Source: Auanema rhodensis
Lineage: Eukaryota > Animalia > Nematoda
Direction: 5' to 3'
Assembly (NCBI GenBank): GCA_964057225.1
Contig: OZ059896.1
Span: 11,036,001 to 11,100,000 of the forward strand
Length of the DNA: 64,000 nucleotides
Part shown: positions 40,883-54,917 of the stretch, one piece after another
Position numbering within the stretch: the stretch's first letter is position 1
Layout: every line of letters begins with the position of its first letter
Translations under genes and position numbers: made by a program
The notes under the pieces: model-generated
What the model was told of the DNA's origin: nothing
Database searches by the model: none
What the model saw: the letters and a program-made list of their open reading frames with translations, nothing else

Positions 40883-43127
40883 ATGGATCAAGGCTGCATT
40901 ACGAGCCAACAAATGCTTATTCCTTCATCAAATCCAGAGATAATGATGCCCATGTCATCAATGACACATTATCTCTGGCGTCCATGTGAAGAGCAGCATT
41001 ATCAAACTATTATTGAACCTCATTTACTACATCATCATCCTCAACAGCCACATCATCATACACATCATCATCTTCTTCATCAGGTAATTGTGTTAACAAG
41101 ATGTTTTTTCTCTACGATGAGTGATATCTGTGCATAGTTTCATTTTCCAACAACTTCAGTATGTGATTGAAAAATTCTGATCAAATTCAAGATATGTTAA
41201 TCATTTCTCAGATCGTTTTAACTTTTTTGTTGATCATTCAGTAAGATAAGAAGGATTTTTATTTATTAATAATATATTATTAAGTTGAAAAAAGATATTA
41301 TTAGATGCAAGTTAAACGTAAATATATTTGTCAATGACTATGTGTCTAATATTCTTTCAAATTGAACTGTGAAAAGAGCTTGAGAGAGATTGGAAAACAG
41401 AAAGAGGGAAAAAGAAAGAAATAATCAGAGAAAAACAAAGGATTGAAAGAGTGAGAAAGACAGTGAGAGAGAGAGGGGGGAGGAGAAAGAGACAGAGAGA
41501 GCAAGAGAGAAAGAAAGAGAGAGAGAGAGAGAGATAGAGAGAGAGAGGGGGGAGAGAATAGAATGATTAAGAGAATTTCTACATAGGTTGGGTAGAGGAG
41601 AAAGGACCGGAGAAGTTGTGATACGAAAGCAAAAAGAGCTTAGCAAGTTCATAGAAGTCGAACGGTCGTTTTCTACTGAACTAAGAACGGCATCAATCGT
41701 CTGAAATATGGCAAATCAAATCTTCACGAATCCATACTCTCCACTTACTAAGTTAGATAATTCATGCTATTATTCATATTTTACATCACAATCTTTATGG
41801 AATCATTCTCCGTATACGGTACATTCTCTATTTTGTACAATTATTTGGGATATTATTTCAAAATTAAAATTAAATGAAATTTCAAAAAATCTTTGATGCC
41901 TCATAAAAGATTTGCTTAAATCTACGTTTTATACAAAAAAATATTTCTTCAGTAGTACAGCAACGTAAGCCGGTCGTTGATCGTTCGAATTGATTAGAGA
42001 AGTCGAATTCTTGTAAAAAAAAAGTCCAACTAGCTAAGCAAAGCGGTTGCTAATGATTCTTTTACGTAAAAGATTGTTTTTTTTTCTTTTTGAATAATAC
42101 AGTTAAAGGTGTAATAAGATATATTTCAATGAATTTAATATAATATATATTTAGTTATAATTAATCTTTTTTAATTTTTAATATAATTTGCATTATAGGG
42201 TGTTGATCCATCCGTTTCGGATACTTTTTATCCAAATATGGATATGCTTAAACAAGAAGGATTAGATATGTCTGATGATCAAACTACTATTATTGAACAA
42301 TCACAAGAACCAACTAAAGTATCAACGGAACAAAAAAGTGATGGAAGAAAAATTCGAAGGAAAGGTGAGGTGGTCTAGAAAAGGAAAATTTGAAATGTTT
42401 TAATGTTACTTCAACATTTTTTATGCTTTTCGAATGATGTAACTTTCAAACCGTTTATTTAGTTTCAGGAACAAATTTGTATGGGAGACCATATTGTCCT
42501 GGGAGGCCTTTATCAATGGAAGAACGAACAAAAATAATTGAACTTCATATGACTGGAATGAAAGTTAATGCTATATCTAAAACTTTATGTATATCACATG
42601 GATGTGTTAGCAAAATCATTAGTCGGTATGTTTATTTTGATTATGTTCAAGTTCACTTTAGCATTCATCTGGATGTTGCGATTAAAAGACATTTTTGAAC
42701 TCTGAGATCAGTCAACTGTTTTTGTAACTTTCAATGGCAACAGAAAGAGAACCGAATTTCCTTTTTATGATAACAAGAAAAAACGAGAAAAAGAAAACGA
42801 TTTATGTCCAGTTATCTCAAATAATTACTTGCTTGTTCTAGATATAGGTCCACGGGTATTCTCTCACCTGCTTCATCTCCTGAACAACGAAGACGAAGAA
42901 AGAATATGCGAATGGAATCAGTTGCAGCTCCAGCTCCAACAACTAATGTCGTTGCACCAGTTCAACCTGAGTATAAAGAATACAAACAAGAATATGTGGC
43001 TCCAGAATATACGCTGGTGCATTATATGCCACCCGAGCAAGATCTTGCACCTCAAATACCTCAGCACTATGCTATTATACCAGAAAATATTCTTCATATG
43101 CATGATTATCACCCAATATTACTTTAG
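40883..43127 (+). CDS. PAI-subdomain-only paired-box transcription factor (npax family)
   Basis: A His-rich exon 1 (40883-41083), exon 2 from 42199, and the PAI subdomain GTNLYGRPYCPGRPLSMEERTKIIELHMTGMKVNAISKTLCISHGCVSKIISRYRSTGILSP. A basic NLS (RRRRK) and a P/Y/H-rich tail follow. There is no RED subdomain or homeodomain. It most resembles C. elegans NPAX-1 from recall. Confidence 0.88.
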
Positions 43128-45652
43128 TAATTTGTATTAATCATAATCGAATTTCATCTGATGATCACGATGATTCTCTATGACTCAACTACTCTCTCAA
43201 AACAATTATATCATTTTTAAAAAGTTTTTCCTCTAAATTTCATTCTTTAATATTGAAACTGATTGTCATTTTATCTTTCCAGATAAGTTAGGAAAAAGCT
43301 AATAACTTCAGTAAATTTGTCTTTCCGTTTGGGTGTTTGTTAAAAATGATCAGTTTGATATATACATATGTGATCTGTACAATTTTTGTCACAAAATTCC
43401 AGAACAAAAAAATTTATATTTTTAAAAAATGTCCCTTTCATCATTACTATTAGAGTATTTGTATGTAGATGTCAATAAAATAATTAGTTGATCATCCATT
43501 AATTTTCTTTATAAAATATTTGTTTTATATTTCAAATATCTAGAGAGAGAGAGAGAGAGGGAGGGGAATGTGGATCAAAATACTTTTAGCATATACATAC
43601 TATTATATACATAAATATGTATATGTTTATATAAACAGAACATATGTAAGCCTATATAGCAGAATAAAATATAAAAATGTCGTTTCAAAAAAAAAAGAAA
43701 GAGAGAAAGAAAAAGAAACAGACACTACTTCGCAGAATTTCTTCAATATTTTTTTTCTGGATGGCATTTAATTTTTTGTTTCACATAAACCTGTTGTGAA
43801 ACTATTCCTTTCTAGCTATTCAAACTATCTTTCTGTTTTATATCCATAAAAGACAATGACACTTCGTATATTGACTGAACAGTAAGTTTTTCATTATTGA
43901 ACACTACGAAATAATTATATTAAAATTACGTTAAAAGGGAAATATATACATATTTTTAATATAATACATATAAATATTATATACTATATATATATAAATA
44001 CTAAAATATAATCAATATAGTTTAATATACATATAATAACTATATAAGTATTAAAAATTCAAAAAAAACAAAATTTGAAAACAACAATAACATCAATCTT
44101 CAAAATAAATATGAAATTATTCAAAAATCAAAGCAGTTTCTGATAGCAACAAAAAAAATTAATATTACTTATTCTTATAGTTATAGAATAAAAAATAATA
44201 TTGTTATATAATTATTATTATTTAATATTAATCTCAAATTTTGTATTATTATTTAGATATACATATAATATTGATGATATTGAGTGTATATTCAATCTTA
44301 TTCGTCTTCAATATTTTTCCCTCATCTGTAATATTCTATATGAATACAACATGTACATATATGTATAATATACCGGTAAAGAATCAATTCAATGTCCATT
44401 TTTTTCGAACAGAACTACTAGTGATGAAGGAAAGTAGAATTGAAAGTGAAATAGAGAAAGATGACGATGCGAGATCCTCTGCTGGCAATGCAACAACCCA
44501 GATGGGCAGTGAACCGCCACAAAATCCTCTACTCTCACTCGTAGGCCTTTTCCCTTTTTATCCCGTTGACCACCTCTCCTCATTTCACTATCTCTTTATA
44601 TCTCACTCTTTTTCTCAAATAATCTAATGTTTGAATTATATTTCATATCCTCTTCTTTTCACCTCTTTCCCTATCTACTTGCATTTTCGCTTTTCGCTCT
44701 GCACGTTGGACCACCACGCTTCCGTCCATTATTCAATCAAACTACTTGATTTATCGTTACAATTGTTTTAGAATTAATATTAAGGTTAGAAAGAGAAAAT
44801 TTAATTATTACCTTCTTTATCATCTTTCATCTAACTTTCTCAATCTCATATCTCATTTTCATTTTCTACACAAATAAATAGAATATGTAAGATTCTAACC
44901 AATATCTCTAATAGTGTTTCCTAGTTTTGTATTTTACCTCCAAATATTTTTAAAAAATACCATTCTCTTGTTCTCTTACATTTTCTTTTTTTTTCTTTTT
45001 TCAACATTTTTCTGATGCTCTTCTATTCTGAATCTGCCTGTCAACGGTCCGCTGTCTTGACCAAATATTCCTGAATATGTTGCTTGAATTTAGTTTGTTT
45101 AATTAGAAAATCAGGCTTTTCTCTCTCATTATCCTGAAAATTATATATAATTTTGCTATAAGCACTTTTATTATACAAATTATAAATGTTTATAGTTAAA
45201 ATAATAGAATTTATGATTATTTCTTATATGTTGCGCCATTTTACTTGAATTATTCTGAAGACAAAATAATTTTTATTAATATGTTTTTAATAAAATATTT
45301 ACCTCAATTTGAGTTTGCAGTCGTATTTTTTCTCGTATTGAACATACTACTAATAATCTTTTTTTTTCTATTATTAACATTTTATAAAAATTATTTACAA
45401 AATTATATATTTAAACTTTCTTTTTCTTATAATATTATTTATATGTATTAACAATTACTATATTATATATAATTTATATTTCTATATATTATAACTATTG
45501 TTTTCATATATAACTTTTTTTTTGAACTAACTATAAATTCTCTCATATCTATATCAAACTATTACCCTAAAAAAAATTTTTTTTTCGGTACTGAATAGCC
45601 TTTTTATCCATACATATGTATGTAGTATGTATGTGTGTATGTATGTCCGGTT

Positions 45653-45713
45653 AGTTCGGGTGGGGGAGAACTATGGTGAAGAAGAGGTCATTGGGCTACT
45701 ACCCGTCTGAACT
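45653..45713 (+). ncRNA. Candidate pre-miRNA-like hairpin
   Basis: AGTTCGGGTGGG pairs with CCCGTCTGAACT (12 bp including 3 G-U), and the stem continues inward to a ~9-nt purine loop. Total length is 61 nt. No known miRNA was recognised. Confidence 0.3.
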
Positions 45714-47387
45714 TTCACTTGATTTTTAGGCCGGATTTGATTGTTTTGCCCTTTTGCGAAATCATCATTTTCAAAGTTTTTATTCATTTTTCACAGTTTA
45801 ATCAAATTTTAATGAACGTACGTAATTAGTTTTTAAAAATATTCTTGATTTTTTTTAAATTTTAAAATATATTTATATTTATTATATGTATGTTATTTTA
45901 CAAATCTAAATATAAAATTTGGTAAAAAAAATATCCTTTTACCATTATTTTACTTGTACATCTTTGAATCTAATCTATTCTATAAAGTTTATTTATAGTG
46001 TATTTTATAATAATTCATAAGAAAAATGTATACTTTGTATTCCAGCTTTCACGAATAATTCAATGAAAGGATCAAAGTTTTTGAAAATATTTTCCTTTAA
46101 TATAGTTCCTTTTCCATATTGGCTCTATTCTTCAACTTATATTATATCTACATCTTTTGCCACAAACACCACAGCTGGGCAAAAATTCAATTGCACATAT
46201 GTTCTTTTTTATTTTTTATTCTTCTATTACTTTTTTGAATAGTTTTATGAAATTTATTCAAAAAAAAAAGAAAAAGAAACATATCAAGTTTAACTATGGT
46301 TTGTAACTTTTACCATAAATAAGAAATACATATTTTTCTATTCAAGACCAATTATGGATCCAAAAAAAACATATAATTGAAAATAAGGATGTTATTTTTA
46401 ATTTTTAATTTAATAATCAAATAATAAAAATGATTTAATTAAATATGAACTAATCAATAAATAAATCATAATATGAGGTATATATTACCTGAATATCAAG
46501 TATAATTCATGAAAATGAGAAGAATATGTTCGTAAGGATAATCATAGTCATAACCGACATTCTCATGAACCCTGACTCGACAGTCACCTAGCCTCTTTCA
46601 ATCGTTCATTCACCTTTCTATTCTCCCTTTCACAATTGCAGAATCATCATCTTCATTATACTACCTCAGTTCTTTTTAAACATTTATATTTCATCTTTCG
46701 TCTATACTTTTTTGTGTTGCTCTCCCTTATTTTCGTTCTCTATGTCCCGTCTCATTTCACCATCTCGATGCTTGCTTACCTCTTCTGTCTAATTCGGTCG
46801 AGCTCACTGAACTTTCTCGCTCTCAGTTCTCATACACAGTCCACTACACGACCAACACCATTTTATATATAACTTTCTCTTATTCTCTCTTTCTCTCTGC
46901 CTCTTTCTTTTCATTTGTCTGTCATCTTTTCTCCCTCGTTCTCTCTCATTCTTTTACGCTGTTTATCGGTTTAACCGTGTTCTCCAAGTTTTGACTGCGG
47001 CCACAGATGCTTTCGCAAGCAGAAGAGCTGCTATTTTTGACCATTTCGCAAACATTGCTTGAAATCCCGCACCCATCGTTGCAACCCGACAACGTCTACC
47101 AACCGACCTCTTTGACCATCCCACCTTCATCATGCTGCACACAATAAAGAAGCATCATCATCAAAACTATTCAGCTTTAATATAATTAAAGTTAACTATT
47201 ACTATTGTTTTTCATATTTATTTTCTATATAACTATTATAATTATTCTAAAAACTGCAAGCTAAAAATTATATTTTAAAAATCTACATTCATATCATAAT
47301 TTTTAATTTTGTTTATTTAGATTTGGTAATAATTATTTCATATATCAATATAATATAGTTAATAATTTATCTATTACATGTATTTAT

Positions 47388-47429
<42 letters not shown>

Positions 47430-50400
47430 ATATAGACGATATGATTCTTCTTTTTATATCTCAACTCATATTATTATTATTATTATTATTCATTTTTCAT
47501 TTTTTTCATTCAATAATCTGATAGCTCTCAATTTATTTATTTCAGTATTTGTTGACATATTTATTGTTCTTTCTATTAATTTGGTTCTTTAACTATTTTA
47601 ATTTTTAAGTAATCTATCTAGATCCTACATTCATCTTGTTTTATAACAATTCTTTCATTGTCTTTATTATTTTGTAAAATATTTATAATTATTATATGTT
47701 AATGATTTTAAATATTAATATATTAAAAGCAAATCATAATATTATAATATAATTAGGTTAAATTATATGATTCATTCACTAATACCTATCATCTTTTTGC
47801 TCCTTTTTTTAGGGTCGTGGCTGCTATTTTGGTAACACAACGAAACGTTTCGAAAGGTTTCCTTTTGGGACGCCAAATTCCCTCATGCTTTATTTGTTTT
47901 CGGACCTAGGAATCTGAGAAAGCCTGAAAAACTAAGAGAGCGTTCGAGTGAGATGAGATAGAACTTGAAATACAGAGTCACCTAGAGCATTTTCAACTGA
48001 TGGACAGTTTAGCAGAGGCTGAGAATGAAGATTAAAAAAAAAAAGTAATGAATAGTATAATATTTGTACTGTAAAAAAACAAGTCAAATCATATAACATA
48101 TGTTTTATAAAACCTCATTTATCTATGAATTCATTAGTTATGACAGCATAGTACTTGTTTTGTTAGTTATTTCTTATACGAAAAATTCATAATTACACAA
48201 TTGTACTCGAACATGATTCTAGAATTTCATTGAGATCGTATTTCAAATGATTTACTTTATTTTTTCGGTTTATTCTATTTTTTCCTTGGAAACAAAAGAT
48301 GACAATTGATTTAAACTTGCATTCATTCTTAACATATTTTTCGTTTTTTTTCTTAGTTTTTCTTCACTAAACCAAAAAACAAGCTCAGCTGTAAGTATGT
48401 TGGTTTTCGATGTTCTCTAGTTATAGTCTTTTGAACATTTTTTTGATAATTATCTGAATGTATATGTTATCCAACATGTATATTAATTTATAATATCATG
48501 CACTATAACAGCATATTATTATAAACAGTATAATTTCTAATCTTTTATTTGTATGTAGTTTTATTCTTTCATCTCAAAGTTATCTTTTCAATCTTCTTTT
48601 AATTGATAACTGTTTGTATCCATCTACATACATACATACATACATATATACTCACACATGTGTGTGTATGGTATGTATGTGTGCAATTTTATTAAAATCT
48701 TTATTATGTCTTTCTATATATCCACGAAAGCCAAGTGATGAAATTTTGAAACAATTCATGTTTTCTTTTGATGCCTTGAGATGCACATGCTTTGATGAGA
48801 TATCATCTTTTCATCTTATATCTCTTTTGTTTCTTTGTATCTATAAATTTTTCTTGATCTCTTATTCTCATTCTATTTCATTCTTACTAGACATACAGAA
48901 GATATGATACAATAATGAGAGAATACAAGGAGGAGAAAGAATGAGTGTGTGTAGTCTATCGGCTTATTATTTCGTTTATCTTATGAACAAATCAGATATC
49001 TTTATAAATTTTTAATAAGCTTTATTCTTATAAAATAGGTTAATTGATTGATTTTTTAAAATTTCATATATTTTATAGTTAGAACGTCATATTATATTAT
49101 TTAAATGATAAATTTGACATATATATATATATCCATATTCTTCTTATTATGCTTTAATCGTTCTGCTTTCTTCTACATTTATCCATTTAGATCATGAAGC
49201 TTGATTTTATTGAATCTTCTGTTTATCTTTTTCTTTCTCTCTTTCTCTCTCCCTCTCTCTTTCTCTCTTTCTCTTTCTATCTATTCTTTACAAATATATA
49301 CATAATGAAACTTTAAAAAAATGCCTGTCATTGTTTATTTTATTATTTAACATTCATTTTTCAATTAAAAGTGAAATATATTTATTTCTCTTTTCTATAT
49401 CTGAGGATTTCACTTTCATGTTCTGAACTGAAGCAGTAGTTTCGGGTGAGAGAAGACCTACTTTCTCTCGGTTCTTTCTTAATATTATATGACAATCCTC
49501 GTATAACGATGACAATTCTATTTCGTTAAGATCAGTATACAATACTATAATAAAATAATAATAATTTGATTTTTAATTTCTATTATTATACATATAATAA
49601 TATATATTTTTATAATTTTAATTGAAAATAATATATAATCATGACACTATATTTATTAAAAAAAATTTATTTTTAATTATATTAAATCATATTCAATATA
49701 TTTTCCATAAAGATCATATAAATATGTATATTCATAATATATCTCATTTTAATCTTCAACTTATATTATTCAAATAATGGATTGATCGTGTTGCCTTTGT
49801 AGTCATCTTCCTCTTTTCTTTTCCTAAACTTTCTGTTCGTCGTCATTTCTATCGTTCTCTTTCAGCCATTGTCTCTGTTTCTATCTATCCTAACCAGCAG
49901 CATGATTTAGCCACCATAGTCCTAAGCATTCGAAAGTCGAGGGGGGGGGGGGCAAAACCGGGCCCCCTAGGCTTATTTAGCGCCTCCAAATACTCGTCTG
50001 TAGCTGTGAACATCGATTGATTTCAGACTGTATAACTACTTCTTATTTGAATTTTATAAGCTCTAGTTAATTTGGAATTGCTAGAATTCGCTATTAATCA
50101 TTAATTATCTTGCCATCATCAAAAACAATAATTTCTATTTCATAATTATTCAAAATGAATTCTTCTCGTCCTGGATATAGTATTATGCTTCAATTCTACT
50201 GTTTTATCAACATTTGGTTCATTTACTATTTCTTTTACTAATCCTAATTTCGAATTTCTATTTTCAATATCTCTATTCCTTTTAATCGCTTTACTTTCCC
50301 TTTCATAGATCCATTGATTTCTTGTGTCTGTCAATCTCTGGAATCCCCCTCTCCCTATATTTCTTATCATATTCTCCAACTATCACAGCTTGACCACTAC

Positions 50401-51547
50401 TGAACACTACTGAAGACTATATTCTTTCCCTCTCTCACTGTCTATCTCTTTCTTTTTCTCTCTCACTTATACACACACCTTTTCTCTTTTACCATATTCT
50501 AGTCTTTCGCTCTTTTTCTCATTTTCAATCACGCGCTCTCTTCTGTTCTCTCTTATATTCTTTCTTTCAACTTTTGCTATTTATCTTTCAAACCTCAACT
50601 TCATCTCTTTTTCATCTTTCCGGCTTCATTTTTCGCATTTCTCTCAATTGGGTTCAAATCTCTTCTATTTCAGTCACCTTATTCAAAATAGGAAGTTGCT
50701 CAGTTTAACTTGCTCACTTACTTGCTCGTGTTCCTTTTACATTCGGTCATTCTCTTTTTCACCAAAGCAATATCAACTGGCTCTCAGAACACTGGTCTGT
50801 CAATCCAGATTCGTTCTATGAGTTCAGTATTTTTCGTTCTTTCAACAGGAAGAAAGCTGTTTTTTCCAGGTTCTTGCTGTACTTCAGTTGAACAGAAGTT
50901 AAAATATTACCATATGCACAAACAACAAAGAAAACGTATGAACATGATTATAAACTAAATGAAAAATTTGAAAAATTGGAAATATTTGTATCTTGTTGAT
51001 AATTTCTACTAAAAAAATTCAAAGATAAGCTTTATTTTCATCAAGAGTTCATTTTTCGTCATTGATCGTGAAGATCAACATCAGATAATCAGATTCTGAT
51101 ACCATTCACAGAATAACGTCGTTCATTTATCCGCTTGCGACTGATCCTATCTAATTCATTAGTGTCCGTCAATCGTTTTGTACGTCACTTGCTGCCTTCT
51201 TCATCACTTGTCATTGTTCCTATGCATCTGTTCTCGTGTATGGATCGTACACTGTATGTTTCGCTTGCTGCACCCGCTTCTCCTGCTCGTTAGACTTTTC
51301 CTATCTGAATCCTTGGGATGATAACCTGATCAAACACACGCAAATGCATACAGTCAAAATCCCCCTCTATTCCCCCCCCCCCCTATTGAACACAGTCATT
51401 TCATACTAATCAATAATTTATGATGAAAAACACATCAACCACATCGTAATGAAATATGAAGTTTATGTTCATATTGAAGATGATAATCATTTCATATGTT
51501 CAATTTTGTTGTAAAATGTATCAAAAAGGTTTTTGATGTTATTAAAC

Positions 51548-51594
<47 letters not shown>

Positions 51595-53620
51595 TTATAT
51601 ATATTTTATGTTCATTTGATGAATGAATCTGTTTAGTCTTGTCCGAGGTTTATGTGACGAAGTAGCTTCTATTATAACCGGAATACAGAACACATAGTAT
51701 TTCTCTTCATTGCGCAACTTTTCTTTTGTGGCCAGCATCATCAGGGCAGCTTGCTTCTAAACTACCAATCAACAAGTTGCCTCTCCATCATTTTTTTTGT
51801 CATTCAAATTTTCTTTTATCTCAAGAAAACATATATTGATCTATAATTTTTTTTAATTTTCTAGTCGCCTGACCATTGAGATCATCAGCTCATGAAAACT
51901 TATCTTTCACAATACAAATCAGTTGTCATTTGCACTTATTTTCATTTATCCTTGTTTGTTTGTTATTTACCTTAACTAACAAAAGAAATTATAATTATAT
52001 AGTTAATATAATAATTTTCATTGAGAATTTCGAATGTTCGAATGTTATTACTTTAATAATACATATATACATATATATATATATATGTATAAAATAATTC
52101 TTTAATTTTATAAAAAAGATGATATATAATTATTATTTTAGAATTTGTTTTGTTTTAATGAACTTAATTAATTATATTTTCATAATATATTCATATACTA
52201 TATTTCTTGCAAATCCATATTAAATACATATTCTTAATAGCATTATTTAACTTCAATTAATATTTCAAGTATGCGAAGCTTTTTATCAGCTTTGTCAGTT
52301 TAACTTGCTAACATAATCAGGAAAACTGACCTAATGAATGCTTATCGTTCGAATGATATCTAACCCCCCCCCCCTCTTATGTATTTTATGCATAAACATG
52401 CTTCACATATTGAGTATATTTAATTAATTTATAAAAACTTTAATTCATTTGCTTTTTCTTTATATTTTTAGTCTTTTGACTGAAGCATCCAGCAACAGTA
52501 GTCCGAATTCTTCACTATTTATTCATGGGCACAGCGCCAATGACAAAGGAGAACAAAACAAACACGAAAACAAATCAAAATCAAGCCTTGAGAGTATGGA
52601 GAGAGGGCACAATTCGCTTTTTTAGTTTTTATTAACCATATTAATCTCTATTTTAGTTAAATTGATTTTATATATTAAATATTTCAAACAACTTAAACTG
52701 ATCTAAGCAGTAGTTGTTTGATAATATATCAAATCTATATATTCATTATATTATACATAAACTATAAATGTATATATTCTATATATTCCTATATCATTCA
52801 TTTATTTTATTTAAAATATATGTATTCGCTTTATAACTTTTATTATATTATTATATATTTATTTATCTTATTCTATTATTATTATTATTATTATTATATA
52901 TTATATTCATATATTTTTATAACAAACAATGTTTAGTAAACATTTTTAAAATTTCTCCTATTTTTGAGGTCATCATTTTTTGAAAAATTTCTTTGTGTTT
53001 TGGAACCAACTGAAGAAAAAGCTGCTAAATGCTGACCATCTCTATTTATTTTACAATGAAATATTGACAGAAGAATCAGGAATTCGGTTTTGACTCGTAT
53101 TTCCTCTTCAATACATTCATGCACCTTTTTTCATCTTAATTCCATCAATTTTTTTGGATTCAAATTGATCTTCAGTCTTAACTGTTACTATTGCATCAAC
53201 ATAAATCAACAAAATAGTTTCAAATATTTTTAAAATTATCAATTTAGCAATATTTTTACTTTCAATTACTTTTATATTTTCCAATAATAATAATAATAAT
53301 AATAATATTTATTATAATTATAATAATTATAATTTATTTATTTTCGCAGCTTTATAAAATATATTCTTGGTTAATTGTTAGTTTTATAAATTTTAAAAAA
53401 TTTGTTCTATTTTTATAATTAAATGTAATTTTTAAAAGTTTTCTTATCATATGTACTTTATTCTATACAATATTTATATAACTATATATATCTATATATC
53501 TATATTTATATATTTTATATCTTGTTTTATCATTCTCAATGATTTTTAAAAATTATTTTGAATTCAAACATTACAGTTTTCGTTGTCTCTTCTGCATGAC
53601 TTGTTTCTTGCTCCATTGCG

Positions 53621-54070
53621 ATGTCGGATGATATTTCGTATGAAGAACATGTGCAGAAAAACAATCAACGATTGGTATCTATAAGAAATGTAAGATTTTG
53701 ATATATTGATACTTTTATTTGAAATAATTAAATATGCTTGTTCTATTTTATAATATTTCAATTTTTATCGTTTATTTTCTTTTCAATTGCTAATAATAAT
53801 AATAATAATTTTTAAAAAAGCATTCATTCACAGTAAAGTAACAAAAAAAATATATATATTAAAAAATATATGTAAAAACAACAAAAACTTTGTCTATATT
53901 AAATTATTTTTAATTATATTTTTTATTATTTTTCAGTCTTTATCTGATGCCCTGACATTTCATTCGGCATGCACAGAGTTAACACAATGGTGCAGTGATC
54001 AAAGGGCATTTTCCGCATGTTTCGAAGATAACTTAATGCTAGCTTTACAAGTAAATTTATATAATTATTC

Positions 54071-54115
<45 letters not shown>

Positions 54116-54917
54116 TTATTTATTTATTATGTAGGTAGCAGCTGAGAATGGCACTAAGGACGGTTTTGAGTTTGCTTTAGCTCATCAGCTTATTACAACA
54201 TGCTTTTCTCACCGTAAATTATTAAGTAAAAATAGTGCAAGTAAGTATATTATATTTTATTTTTCTTCTATAATTTATATTTTTAAATCCTTAAATTGTA
54301 TGAAAAAGCTAAATTTGTTTATAAATTCTGTTTTTGAACTGTTTCGATAATAAGAAGAAAGAATTCAATTGTTTCTCATTTTCTGTTGACCTAATTCAGT
54401 GTTGAATCATTGGTTTTCACTTTTGATTGGGCTAATTGCATATCCAAAGCATTTAGAGAGATTCCCCAAGGCATTAAAAAGAAAGAAAAATGAAAAGCTT
54501 TGTAGCTCTTTCTCTATTTCTCTCTCTCTGCTCTTTCTTCAACTTTAACTTCAATTAGATATTTTGAACTATTGTAACAGAAATGTTAAAAATAAAAATA
54601 TATTGAATTTTCAAATGTAGAATAAAGAAATGTATGAAACTAGAGTAATTTAGATCTTAGAAGAAACGAAGAGAAAGATAAAAATATTTAAAAAAAAAAC
54701 TTAAAATTCATATTATTACAGTTATTTTAATTAAATTATTTATATCTTTTGTGAAAATCATTATGGATGCTTTAGATCGCATTAATCGATGGTATGAACA
54801 GTTTCGTCGTTTAAAGAAAACAGGAGGAAGAAAGAAGAAGAGAGGAGAAGCAAATTCAACTTCTGCAACAACATATCATCCTCTTCCTGATCATAATATG
54901 GAAAATGCGGAAAATAA
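53621..54917 (+). CDS. ZMIZ1/ZMIZ2/tonalli-like protein, N-terminal exons (Zmiz1_N-like domain); 3' exons not identified in the window
   Basis: Four exons with canonical junctions: MSDDISYEEHVQKNNQRLVSIRN|SLSDALTFHSACTELTQWCSDQRAFSACFEDNLMLALQ|VAAENGTKDGFEFALAHQLITTCFSHRKLLSKNSAN|RINRWYEQFRR. These align by eye to the ZMIZ1 N-terminus (HIQQTNDRLQCIK...[30 protein letters not shown]...GFDLDLGYRLL). An in-frame TGA upstream fixes the ATG. Confidence 0.82.

Noticed and set aside
51877-51900. TGAGATCATC bantam/miR-80-82 seed-like sequence
   Set aside because: There is no complementary arm and the similarity is limited to the seed region.
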